From assembly GCA_950097015.1 (NCBI GenBank), contig CATNEN010000039.1, forward strand, positions 14,074,001 to 14,138,000: a DNA stretch of 64,000 nt, read 5' to 3'. This DNA comes from Macrostomum hystrix. Its lineage: Eukaryota; Animalia; Platyhelminthes. Positions 11,080 through 23,106 of the stretch are shown here, piece after piece. The notes beneath the pieces are model-generated. The model made no database searches and was not told where the DNA came from. It worked only from the letters and a program-made list of their open reading frames with translations. Position 1 is the stretch's first letter. Every line of letters starts with the position of its first letter. The position numbers were made by a program, and so were the translations under genes.

Positions 11080-13070
11080 CTTTGGAGTTCAGATTCGGCA
11101 TTTTGGGTTCAGATTTACTATTTGAGGTTCAGATTCGGTATTTGGGGTTCAGATTCGGTATTTGGGGTTCAGATTCGGTATTTGGGGTTCAGATTCTGTA
11201 TTTGGGGTTCAGATTCGGTATTTGGGGTTCAGATTCGGTATTTGGGGTTCAGATTCGGTATTTGGGGTTCAGATTCGGTATTTTGGGTTCAGATTTACTA
11301 TTTGAGGTTCAGATTCGGTATTTGGAGTTCAGATTCGGTATTTGGAGTTCAGATTCGGTATTTGGAGTTCAGATTCGGTATTTGAGGTTCAGATTCGGTA
11401 TTTGGAGTTCAGATTCGGTATTTGGGGTTCAGATTCGGTATTTGGGGTTCAGATTCGGTATTTGGAGTTCAGATTCGGTATTTGAGGTTCAGATTCGGTA
11501 TTTGGAGTTCAGATTCGGTATTTGGGGTTCAGATTCGGCATTTGGGGTTCAGATTTACTATTTGAGGTTCAGATTCGGTATTTGGGGTTCAGATTCTGTA
11601 TTTGGGGTTCAGATTCGGTATTTGGGGTTCAGATTCGGTATTTGGGGTTCAGATTCGGTATTTGGGGTTCAGATTCGGTATTTGGGGTTCAGATTCGGTA
11701 TTTGGGGTTCAGATTCGGTATTTGGGGTTCGGATTCGGTATTTGGGGTTCAGATTCGGTATTTGGGGTTCAGATTCGGTATTTGGGGTTCAGATTCGGTA
11801 TTTGGGGTTCAGATTCGGTATTTGGGGTTCTGATTCTGTATTTGGGGTTCAGATTCGGTATTTGGGGTTCAGATTTGGTATTTGGGTTTCAGATTCGGTA
11901 TTTGGGGTTCAGATTCTGTATTTGGGGTTCAGATTCTGTATTTGGGGTTCTGATTCGGTATTTGGGTTTCAGATTCGGTATTTTGGGTTCAGATTTACTA
12001 TTTGAGGTTCAGATTCGGTATTTGGAGTTCAGATTCGGTATTTGGGGTTCGGATTCTGTATTTGGGGTTCAGATTCGGTATTTGGGGTTCAGATTCGGTA
12101 TTTGGGGTTCAGATTCGGTATTTGGGGTTCAGATTCGGTATTTGGGGTTCAGATTCGGTATTTGGGGTTCGGATTCGGTATTTGGGGTTCAGATTCGGTA
12201 TTTGGGGTTCAGATTCGGTATTTGGGGTTCAGATTCGGTATTTGGGGTTCAGATTCGGTATTTGGGGTTCAGATTCTGTATTTGGGGTTCAGATTCGGTA
12301 TTTGGGGTTCAGATTTGGTATTTGGGTTTCAGATTCGGTATTTGGGGTTCAGATTCTGTATTTGGGGTTCAGATTCTGTATTTGGGGTTCTGATTCGGTA
12401 TTTGGGTTTCAGATTCGGTATTTTGGGTTCAGATTTACTATTTGAGGTTCAGATTCGGTATTTGGAGTTCAGATTCGGTATTTGAGGTTCAGATTCGGTA
12501 TTTGGAGTTCAGATTCGGTATTTGGGGTTCGGATTCGGCATTTGGGGTTCAGATTTACTATTTGAGGTTCAGATTCGGTATTTGGGGTTCAGATTCGGTA
12601 TTTGGGGTTCAGATTCGGTATTTGGGGTTCAGATTCGGTATTTGGGGTTCAGATTCGGTATTTAGTGTTTAGATTCGGTATTTGGAGTTCAGATTCGGTA
12701 TTTGGAGTTCAGATTCGGTATTTGGAGTTCAGATTCGGTATTTGGAGTTCAGATTCGGTATTTGGGGTTCTGATTCGGTATTTGGGGTTCTGATTCGGTA
12801 TTTGGGGTTCAGATTTACTATTTGGGGTTCAGATTCGGTATTTGGAGTTCAGATTCGGTATTTGGGGTTTAGATTCGGTATTTGGGGTTCAGATTTACTA
12901 TTTGGGGTTCAGATTCGGTATTTGGGGTTTAGATTCGGTATTTGGGGTTCAGATTTACTATTTGGGGTTTAGATTCTGTATTTGGAGTTCAGATTCGGCA
13001 TTTGGGGTTCTGATTTGGTATTTGTGGTTAAGATTCGGTATTTGGGGTTCTGATTCGATATTTTTGGTTA
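11080..13070. repeat. 20-bp minisatellite (TTTGGGGTTCAGATTCGGTA), about 100 copies
   Basis: Highly homogeneous; variant blocks recur (the block near 11830-12020 is repeated about 440 bp later). Source of the spurious ORFs 11001-13078. Confidence 0.97.
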
Positions 13071-13311
13071 AGATATAGTATTAGGGGTTTTGGTTGGTCT
13101 CTTTATGTCAATATCTTTGTAGGTCAATATTTTCTTCAGTTTTCTGGTTAGAATGTTAGAGTTCCAGTTAAATTTCTATTTCGAGATTTAGTGTTTAGAG
13201 TTCGGGTTCGATTTTTAAGAGGCCTTTGGCATCAGATCTTACTTCCATCAAAGTTAACCATAGGTTCTGAAACGATGACTTTATACCACATCTCTGCCGC
13301 AGGACTACTGC

Positions 13312-16300
13312 ATGCCTTCCACCGCAACCGCCGTAGCGGCTGCCTTAACCGCCTACGGCCTGCTCTCCACCCTCCTGCTGCGCTACCCGACCCTCCTGCA
13401 TCGGCGCAAGACTCGCCGTTTCGCCGCCGCCCACATTAGTCATCGCGGCGGCGCGGCTGAGCTAGCCGAGAATACAATGGAAGCATTTCGGGTAGCGGTG
13501 AACCGCCATCGCACGCACATGCTGGAGCTGGACTGCCAGATCACGCGTGACGGACAGGTTTGTTGGCTATTTTGTGTCTGGTTTGGGCTCTGGACATGTT
13601 TTCAGTTTTAACTTTTTAAATCCAAATCTTATTACTTGATATGTTCGTTTTAGCTAGTAGTAAAATATAAGGAATTTGAAATAATTTTTTCTAGATATCT
13701 TTACTTGCCTACTTGTAGTATGAATTACAGTTTTTTATTTTAAATTTTCACGACACGATTCACAACCTTCTGATTGATCGCTTTGGTCGCCCGCAGGTGG
13801 TGGTAGCTCACGACAATGATCTTGATAGACTATGCGGCCAACCTGGCAGCATCGACCAGCTGAATTTCGATCAGCTGCCGCCGATTCGTCGCGACCTGGC
13901 TGTGACCTTCGAGCCCGGCCTCATTGTGTCCGGCGGCGACGACAGGCGAATTCCCCTGCTCAACGAGGTGCTGACAGAATTTCCCGCAGTGCCGTTGAAC
14001 ATCGACGTCAAGGAGGACAGGCGGGACCTGCTTGAGGCTGTTTGTCAATTGGTTGTCAAGCATGGCAGGTACGGGTCTGAACTGAGATTCGAGCTTCCGA
14101 CCTCTTGGTCACGTGACAAGTTGTGTCATCCCCCTTCTCTCTGCCCTCGCCCTCTTATTGTACCTTCACCTCTCACCTTCTAATCTGTTCAACTATTTTC
14201 ACGTGTTGTTTGATATCTCCTCCAAGAGTACCGGCAACTCAATGCTGAAACTTATATGGGAAATTCAGCATTGAAAATTCACAATTTTTTTACTGTGAAT
14301 GGTCCTTTTGTTTTCAAGATTGTTGGATAAAAAACTTTTATTGCTGGAATGAGTTTGAAGCGGTGATTACAGGGATGTAAATTACAGTTTTTTAACTCTG
14401 AAATTTGAGGATGCTAAAGCGGAAGAAAGTTGGTTACTTTTTAAATTGTTTTCAACCAAGTGTACAGTGCCTCGGCGAGACTGCCAATCAGATTTCGCAC
14501 ATTGCTACTGCCGGAGTGTATTGGGGGCGTAGGTTTTCTCTTTGCATCGTTTGATTATGATTGGTGGAATTCAACTGATTCAATTCAATTCTCTTTCCTT
14601 TGCTTCGTCACTGATTGGCTAGCTGCTCGTCTCTCTTTCCCCACCCCCTCCTTCTCTCACCCTCTGACCCGTCCTTATCTCTTGTTTGATATATTTGATT
14701 CTCTGCTGATTCTCGATATGTTCAGTGGCGTAAAAATTGCCTCTTACTAGCTGCAGTAAGTAGAAAAAAGAATAGAATTTTGCAAATGATGACACAAATG
14801 GGACGTAATGCTGATCAATTTATGTGATTGATCACCAAATCTAATGTCTGATGCTGTGCCCAAGCTGTTTACACTGCCACTGTGCATTAGGAGTAGCTGC
14901 TTATTGGCTATAAATTGTCCTTATGGTCCTTTTTTGATGGTTCTTATAAGATGTCATATAAGATGGTTCTTATATGACTGACAGTGGTCCATATCTGTTT
15001 GAAGATGGTCCTTATATGACTGAAAGTGGTCCGTATCTGTTTGAAGATGGTCCTTATATGACTGAAAGTGGTCCATATCTGTTTGAAGATGGTCCTTATA
15101 TGACTGAAAGTGGTCCATATCTGTTTGAAGATGGTCCTTATATGACTGAAAGTGGTCCGTTTGTGTCTGAAAGTGGTCTTCTTTTGCATGAAAGTGGTAC
15201 TTAGGTGTCGAATATTCGTCCGTTTTCTCTCGTAATTCACTAATCGCTTTTTAGTGTTCTTTAATAGTCCTAGGGCGGATAGCTCAGTCAGTAAGGTGTC
15301 GGACTCTGGATCAGATGGTCCTGGGTTCGATTCCCGACCTATTCTAGAACTATTCGTGCAGCCTTTGGCGTGCGGCTTTGCCCTGATGTGCTCACAGTCT
15401 ACTCAGCTGCAAATGAGTACCGAAATTTCGTCGGGTAATAATAATTCCGGCTGGCGTGGAATAATGCAGCAATGCTGTGCGGCAATTCAGTGGGGTTTGG
15501 ATGCTGCCGATATGTATCGAAAAATTAATTCCATTGCTGACACGCGGCTGTCAACCGGTGTCCGAGAGAGCCGGGGATTACATTAGGTGTGCAGTCCCCT
15601 CCTGCTAGTGTGCTTGACACACAACACCTGCACTGGCCCTTGGGTCTGGTGTCTAATTATTAATAGTCCTGGAGCCTTTCTAAAAAACGATTTAATAAAG
15701 CTGCATATTTACTACTTTGTTCCATACCATTGTTTAAACTTCTTTACTAGTTTTCAAAATGTGCAGCTTCTAAATTAAATGATGACACGAACGGGACGTA
15801 ATTCTGATCAATCAATTTGATCGATAATCAAATTTGATGTCTGATACGGCTATAATTATGCATTTCTTGTTCAATATTTACTATTATATTTGGTAGCCAT
15901 TTTGGGTAGATGATGACACAAACGGGACGTAATGCTGATCAATGTATGTGATTGATCATCAAATTTAATGTCTGATGTCTAATTTTTTTGTCAGTTTAAA
16001 TTGATAAAAATATACTAAGGTGTTTAATCAGATGTAGCATTTTGTTTGTAAAACATGTAAAAGGAATACCATTTTTAAGTCACTACATAATGTGTCATTT
16101 CCATAGTCAGTATACCATTTCCATAGTCAGTATACCATTTCCATAGTCAGTATGCCATTTCCATAGTCAGTATGCCATTTCCATAGTCAGTATGCCATTT
16201 CCATAGTCAGCATGCCATTTCCATCATGCATTTTCTCACCTGACAGGCAGGGCACGGTAGTCTGGGGCAACCGTTCGCAGCGGGTTGTTAATCAGCTAAG

Positions 16301-17365
16301 AGCTATGGAGCCCAGCGTCTCCACCCTGTTCTCTCTGCGCTCCATCCTGACTACCATGTTCCTCTATGTCACCGGCCTGCTGCCTTTTGTGCCAATCAAA
16401 GACGACTTCTTTGAGCCGCCGATGTTGTCAGCCCTGCTGGAGCTGGAGCCCATCGCTGCAGCCTATCCGACTCGACTCTCTCGCTGCTTGGTCCGTCTGT
16501 TCGATCGGATAATTATGTCGCCTAAACTGATTCATCATCTGCACGAACGGGGCATACCAACCTACGTTTGGGTGCTTAACCAGGAGAGACACTTTTTGCA
16601 AGCCTTCCAGGTGAGGGTCTTTGTAGGCTTTGGTGAACCTAGATAGGTGTTTATGGGACTCACTGGGCTGAGGTCTTTGTAGGGTCCGGTGAGCCTGGAT
16701 GGGTGTTTATGGGAGTTCACTAAACTGAGGTCTTTGTAGGCTCTGGTGAACCTAGATAGGTGTTTATTGGAGTTCACTAAACTGAGGTCTTTGTACAGTA
16801 TGGTGAACCTAGATTGGGGTTCAGACACTGAACTGGGCTGAGGTCTTTGTAGGGTCTAGTGAACCTAGATGGGTGTTTATGGGACTCACTGGGCTGAGGT
16901 CTTTGTAGGGTCTGGTGAGCCTGGATGGGTGTTTATGGGAGTTCACTAAACTGAGGTCTCTGTAGGCTCTGGTGAACCTAGATTGGTGTTTATGGGACTT
17001 CACTGGGCTGAGGTCTTTGTAGGGTCTAGTGAACCTAGATGGGTGTTTATGGGAGAGGTCTTTGTAGGGTCTGGTGAACCTAGATAGGTGTTTATGGGAA
17101 GTCACCTCCGAAGCACGGTGCGAGTATAAAGCACCTGACAATCAGCAAGTCCGGGCTATATATACACACACCAGTGTGAGTGTGTAACCTTTTTTCACAA
17201 TTACATCTGCAGGCCGGATGCGAGGGCATCATGACAGACAAGCCGAAGCTGCTTCGGCATTTCATTGACGCCAATCCCGACTGTCTGACCGCCTACCGTC
17301 GGGCGTGCGATTGGGTGCTCAAGGACTCCGCCGCTGAGACCGCTTCTCGCAGCAAAGCCGACTAG
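13312..17365 (+). CDS. GDPD1: Glycerophosphodiester phosphodiesterase domain protein, GDPD1/GDPD3 (GDE4/GDE7) lysophospholipase D-like, 4 exons, 344 aa
   Basis: Exons 13312-13557, 13797-14068, 16247-16610 and 17213-17365 join in frame with GT-AG introns. Motifs: N-terminal hydrophobic anchor, HISHRGG..ENTMEAF, MLELDCQITRDGQVVVAHD, PLNIDVK, YVWVLN, GIMTDKP. GDPD1 versus GDPD3 orthology cannot be resolved. Confidence 0.88.
14782..14854 (+). ncRNA. Box C/D snoRNA, SNORD82(U82)-like, copy 1
   Basis: C box ATGATGA 14786-92; guide GGGACGTAAT followed by D' CTGA 14811-14; C'-like GTGATTGA; D box CTGA 14848-51; short terminal stem GCA/TGC. The guide is complementary to conserved 18S AUUACGUCCC. Confidence 0.8.
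14945..15190. repeat. 42-bp (2x21) minisatellite (GATGGTCCTTATATGACTGAAAGTGGTCCATATCTGTTTGAA)
   Basis: About 5 copies, in GDPD intron 2. Confidence 0.9.
15272..15659 (+). mobile_element. tRNA-derived SINE with 11-bp target-site duplication
   Basis: A box TAGCTCAGTCAGT, B box GGGTTCGATTCCC, central motif CTACTCAGCTGCAAATGAGTACC, and TSD TTAATAGTCCT at 15261-15271 and 15660-15670. Confidence 0.85.
15776..15847 (+). ncRNA. Box C/D snoRNA, SNORD82-like, copy 2
   Basis: C box ATGATGA 15779-85; guide GGGACGTAAT with D' CTGA 15804-07; D box CTGA 15841-44. The C' box is more degenerate. Confidence 0.72.
15907..15981 (+). ncRNA. Box C/D snoRNA, SNORD82-like, copy 3
   Basis: C box ATGATGA 15910-16; guide GGGACGTAAT with D' CTGA 15935-38; GTGATTGA; D box CTGA 15972-75; terminal TAGA/TCTA stem. 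Confidence 0.8.
16095..16224. repeat. 20-bp minisatellite (CCATTTCCATAGTCAGTATG) abutting the 3' splice site
   Basis: About 6 copies ending about 20 nt before the acceptor at 16246. Confidence 0.9.
16613..17105. repeat. About 57-bp minisatellite filling GDPD intron 3, starting at the donor site
   Basis: Unit GAGGTCTTTGTAGGGTCTGGTGAACCTAGATGGGTGTTTATGGGA..CACT..., about 9 copies. Confidence 0.9.
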
Positions 17366-17514
17366 AGCCGATTGGAGACTGTCGGAATCGACTTTACTTT
17401 TGATGCTTAAGTAGATTCCATATAGTAACTGCGCCATTACTCTGAGTGAGTGGCATAGACAAAAACTTCTGCTTCTGAATGACACCCTGATTATTACCTA
17501 CTGATCTTCTCAGT

Positions 17515-20240
17515 ACTGATCCCCATCATCAGTCCCACACCGATCCCCATCATCAGTCCCACACTGAACCCCATCATCAGTCCCACACTGATCCCCATCA
17601 TCAGACCCACACTGAACCCCATCATCAGACCCACACTGAACCCCATCATCAGTCCCACACTGAACCCCATCATCAGTCCCACACTGAACCCCATCATCAG
17701 TCCCACACTGATCCCCATCATCAGTCCCAAACTGATCCCCATCATCAGTCCCACACTGAACCCCATCATCAGTCCCACACTGATCCCCATCATCAGTCCC
17801 ACACTGATCCCCATCATCAGTCCCACCTTGATCCCCATCATCAGTCCCACACTGAACCCCATCATCAGTCCCACACTGAACCCCATCATCAGTCCCACAC
17901 TGAACCCCATCATCAGTCCCACACTGATCCCCATCATCAGTCCCAAACTGATCCCCATCATCAGTCCCACACTGAACCCCATCATCAGTCCCACACTGAT
18001 CCCCATCATCAGTCCCACACTGATCCCCATCATCAGTCCCACCTTGATCCCCATCATCAGTCCCACACTGAACCCCATCATCAGACCCACACTGAACCCC
18101 ATCATCAGTCCCAAACTGATCCCCATCATCAGACCCACACTGATCCCCATCATCAGTCCCACACTGAACCCCATCATCAGTCCCACACTGAACCCCATCA
18201 TCAGACCCACACTGAACCCCATCATCAGACCCACACTGAACCCCATCATCAGTCCCACACTGAACCCCATCATCAGACCCACACTGAACCCCATCATCAG
18301 ACCCACACTGAACCCCATCATCAGACCCACACTGAACCCCATCATCAGTCCCACACTGAACCCCATCATCAGTCCCACACTGAACCCCATCATCAGTCCC
18401 ACACTGATCCCCATCATCAGTCCCAAACTGATCCCCATCATCAGTCCCACACTGAACCCCATCATCAGTCCCACACTGATCCCCATCATCAGTCCCACAC
18501 TGATCCCCATCATCAGTCCCACCTTGATCCCCATCATCAGTCCCACACTGAACCCCATCATCAGTCCCACACTGAACCCCATCATCAGTCCCACACTGAA
18601 CCCCATCATCAGTCCCACACTGATCCCCATCATCAGTCCCAAACTGATCCCCATCATCAGTCCCACACTGAACCCCATCATCAGTCCCACACTGATCCCC
18701 ATCATCAGTCCCACACTGATCCCCATCATCAGTCCCACCTTGATCCCCATCATCAGTCCCACACTGAACCCCATCATCAGTCCCACACTGAACCCCATCA
18801 TCAGTCCCACACTGAACCCCATCATCAGTCCCACACTGAACCCCATCATCAGTCCCACACTGAACCCCATCATCAGTCCCACACTGAACCCCATCATCAG
18901 TCCCACACTGAACCCCATCATCAGTCCCACACTGAACCCCATCATCAGTCCCACACTGAACCCCATCATCAGTCCCACACTGAACCCCATCATCAGTCCC
19001 ACACTGATCCCCATCATCAGTCCCACACTGAACCCCATCATCAGTCCCACACTGAACCCCATCATCAGTCCCACACTGAACCCCATCATCAGTCCCACAC
19101 TGAACCCCATCATCAGACCCACACTGATCCCCATCATCAGTCCCACACTGAACCCCATCATCAGTCCCACACTGATCCCCATCATCAGTCCCACACTGAA
19201 CCCCATCATCAGTCCCAAACTGATCCCCATCATCAGTCCCACACTGAACCCCATCATCAGTCCCAAACTGATCCCCATCATCAGTCCCACACTGAACCCC
19301 ATCATTAGTCCCAAACTGATCCCCATCATCAGTCCCACACTGAACCCCATCATCAGTCCCACACTGAACCCCATCATCAGTCCCAAACTGATCCCCATCA
19401 TCAGTCCCACACTGAACCCCATCATCAGTCCCACACTGATCCCCATCATCAGACCCACACTGAACCCCATCATCAGTCCCACACTGAACCCCATCATCAG
19501 TCCCACACTGATCCCCATCATCAGACCCACACTGAACCCCATCATCAGTCCCACACTGAACCCCATCATCAGTCCCACACTGAACCCCATCATCAGTCCC
19601 AAACTGATCCCCATCATCAGTCCCACACTGAACCCCATCATCAGTCCCACACTGAACCCCATCATCAGTCCCAAACTGATCCCCATCATCAGACCCACAC
19701 TGAACCCATCATCAGTCCCACACTGATCCCCATCATCAGACCCACACTGAACCCCATCATCAGTCCCAAACTGATCCCCATCATCAGACCCACACTGATC
19801 CCCATCATCAGTCCCACACTGAACCCCATCATCAGTCCCACACTGAACCCCATCATCAGACCCACACTGAACCCCATCATCAGACCCACACTGAACCCCA
19901 TCATCAGTCCCACACTGAACCCCATCATCAGACCCACACTGAACCCCATCATCAGACCCACACTGAACCCCATCATCAGACCCACACTGAACCCCATCAT
20001 CAGTCCCACACTGAACCCCATCATCAGACCCACACTGAACCCCATCATCAGACCCACACTGAACCCCATCATCAGTCCCACACTGAACCCCATCATCAGA
20101 CCCACACTGAACCCCATCATCAGACCCACACTGAACCCCATCATCAGACCCACACTGAACCCCATCATCAGACCCACACTGAACCCCATCATCAGACCCA
20201 CACTGAACCCCATCATCAGACCCACACTGATCCCCATCAT
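17515..20240. repeat. 24-bp minisatellite (CCCACACTGAACCCCATCATCAGT), about 113 copies
   Basis: Direct inspection. Source of the spurious 734-aa and 632-aa ORFs. Confidence 0.97.
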
Positions 20241-20611
20241 TGGTCCGATTTAGTCTATAACTAACAGAAACTTATAAAATACTATTTATAGCCTCAGTTA
20301 AAGTTGACAATAACTAAAAAAATGCTAGCAGTTTTTCTACCTTATAGGTATATGCTTTTTGCATCTTTTTCTCAACTTGCCCACTGTTACCTCCAATGAC
20401 AGTAGTTGATTATTTTATCGAACCTAAACACAGATTTACAGTATAGATTTTCCTCTTTCTTAATTGAAAAAATTGTAATTTGCCGCCTTATTTTGCTTAC
20501 CACAAGCTTTTCTTGTCATGGCCCGTAGACAGACTCATACTGACGACACCTTCCGTGACAACTGACGGCTGCGTTCGCCTAGCTGTTTGCGCACCCGTAA
20601 TTTAAAACACT

Positions 20612-21345
20612 TATCCACAGATCAGCCTGCTAGAGGGTGTCAGATACCACAGATCAGCCTGCTAGAGGGTGTCAGATACCACAGATCAGCCTGCTAGAGG
20701 GTGTCAGATCCCACAGATCAGCCTGCTAGAGGGTGTCAGATCCCACAGATCAGCCTGCTAGAGGGTGTCAGATCCTACTTATCAGCCTGCTAGAGGGTGT
20801 CAGATCCCACAGATCAGCCTGCTAGAGGGTGTCAGATCCCACTTATCAACCTGCTAGATGGTGTCAGATCCCACAGATCAGCCTGCTAGAGGGTGTCAGA
20901 TACCACTGATCAGCCTGCTAGAGGGTGTCAGATCCCACAGATCAGCCTGCTAGAGGATTCAGATCCCACTTATCAACCTGCTAGAGGGTGTCAGATCCCA
21001 CAGATCAGCCTGCTAGAGGGTGTCAGATCCTACTTATCAGCCTGCTAGAGGGTGTCAGATCCTACTTATCAGCCTGCTAGAGGGTGTCAGATCCTACTTA
21101 TCAGCCTGCTAGAGGGTGTCAGATACCACTGATCAGCCTGCTAGAGGGTGTCAGATCCCACTTATCAACCTGCTAGAGGGTGTCAGATCCTACTTATCAA
21201 CCTGCTAGAGGGTGTCAGATCCCACTTATCAACCTGCTAGAGGGTGTCAGATCCCACTTATCAACCTGCTAGAGGGTGTCAGATCCCACTTATCAACCTG
21301 CTAGAGGGTGTCAGATCCTACTTATCAACCTGCTAGAGGGTGTCA
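20612..21345. repeat. 32-bp minisatellite (ATCAGCCTGCTAGAGGGTGTCAGATCCCACAG)
   Basis: About 23 copies. Confidence 0.95.
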
Positions 21346-23106
21346 AGAGGCTATCAAATCCTCTATTTCAGCTTCCTGTGTCTCACTCTTTCAGACGGCA
21401 GTGCCCCACGTTTTCAATTCTTTGCATCCCTTAGCTCTGCGCAGTCAATACTATTCGGAAAACGAATGCTTCCACGTAAAATATTTGGTCTATTATCTAT
21501 ATTGGCTTTGTGTCTCATCTACAGTGGACTAGGCTGAGTTGTGCTTATTTAATTGCTTTTCTCGAACACCCCTACAACTTGCTCATTCATTTATCAAGTG
21601 CTAGTCAACTCTAATTTTTCACCTACAATTTTTCTGCAATCGAATAATAATTCTTTTTTATTTTTAACTTTTGATTTTATTATGCGCGCCACAACCTACT
21701 CACTGTAATCATACTAGTATCATAGTAGCTATATCATTTTTTAGGTTTTGAAATAACGTTCTGCTATGGCTATAGTAACTGGAGTTCGCAAATTGGCTCT
21801 TTAAAATTCCTATCAGATTTGTTTATTTGTTTCAATTTAGAAATCTGCATAACCTGTAGCCCAGAGCTATCCACTTTTTTACTGTTTTTCGTGCTCTTAG
21901 TAACTTAGCTCTATTGTCTTCTGTCAGACCGCGATAAAAATATAAAACAAATATAATTGAATTGAGATAGACAATGGTTTGTTTATAATTGCTTTTTGTT
22001 TGCAAGACACAATCGACCTTTAGTTTTAAGCTTTAAGCCAAATGTGGTCATTTTCGTGTACCAAGAAAATTATTTCTCTCTGGTGGCCAAGCCCACACGC
22101 AGCGCCGTCTGCGGTGCATTCGCTAGCCGAGAGGTGTTTGACTCACGCCACGCTCTCGCACCTCCCCGCGCTCAATTCAAAAAGAACTTTTAAAAATAAT
22201 GTTGTTTATGCATCTTTTCTCGCCGCATTTCATTTTGCGAGACGCTAAACCACTAGATTATGTTGTACTAGCAGCTTAAAAACTGTATATTTATATTCTT
22301 GATGCGAAAGATACTTACTGAAACTGGGACACACGACGTGAAAATGATGCCTGTTAAATCCATGTTAAAAACGCATGTCCTAAACTGTTTGAATTCCATG
22401 GACTATGTGACCAACATCAGCTACATAATTCGTATTCCGAGAGCCTCAATATTGCAGATGTAGTTTGCTAACTCAAGCCTATGCGAGGCAACGAATGGGA
22501 TAAATATGCATCGACTTGATCTACATACATCTACATGGAAATTTATGTTAGTGAAACGATCTACTGGGCTATTAACTATCCAGTTGATTGTTTTAATGTT
22601 TCTGTTGTTATACATATATACCAAGTATGGACGCATTTTTGTCGCCATGAATATATTACTTGGCTTAAAGTTCGTAAACCTAAGAGTAAAGAATAGTTTA
22701 AGCATAGTTACGTATTGAAGCCAAGGACCACTAGAAGAAGATCTTCTATGGTCCTTGATTGAAGCGACATTTCTTATTGAAACCGCCATGTTTGTATAAT
22801 GCAGCAAACAGGCTGTAAATTTAAATATCGCATAAGGAATTCGTATAAGGAATGTACGAGCAAGTTGGAGTGTACTTTTCTACTATTTGTGTAAATATAT
22901 TGTTATACTGTTCCAGCATATAAACCAATCAGAGAATGACATATCGCTATTACAATTTAATATACGTGCCACGACAATCCAGCGAAATCTACGTATTTTA
23001 TTATCGTGACCAGTTTAACCTAAAGCGTCCTTAATTAGAAGTCATAACTTACGTATTTGCTCAAGAAACACAGATCTTTAGTACTATTCAGTTTAAGCAG
23101 AACAAC

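Noticed and set aside
11001-13078. Long FRFGIWGSDSVFGVQIRYLG ORFs
   Set aside because: Translations of a stop-poor 20-bp tandem repeat in all three frames; no gene context.
14239-14274. 11-bp hairpin TCAATGCTGAA/TTCAGCATTGA as a pre-miRNA or MITE
   Set aside because: The stem is too short for a pre-miRNA, and no TIR or TSD boundaries were found.
15272-15345. Functional tRNA gene
   Set aside because: Imperfect cloverleaf, followed by a 300-bp body and flanked by a TSD, so it is a SINE head. The same applies to 885-954.
17494-20240. 734-aa and 632-aa repetitive ORFs
   Set aside because: A 24-bp array open on both strands; an indel near 19705 breaks the frame.
22215-22260. Helitron 3' end (TCTCGC...GCGAGA hairpin followed by CTAG)
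   Set aside because: CTAG is followed by A rather than T, the stem is short, and no 5' end could be identified.
22920-22980. ER-stress element upstream of PDIA3
   Set aside because: CCAAT and GCCACG are present but not in CCAAT-N9-CCACG spacing; too weak to call.
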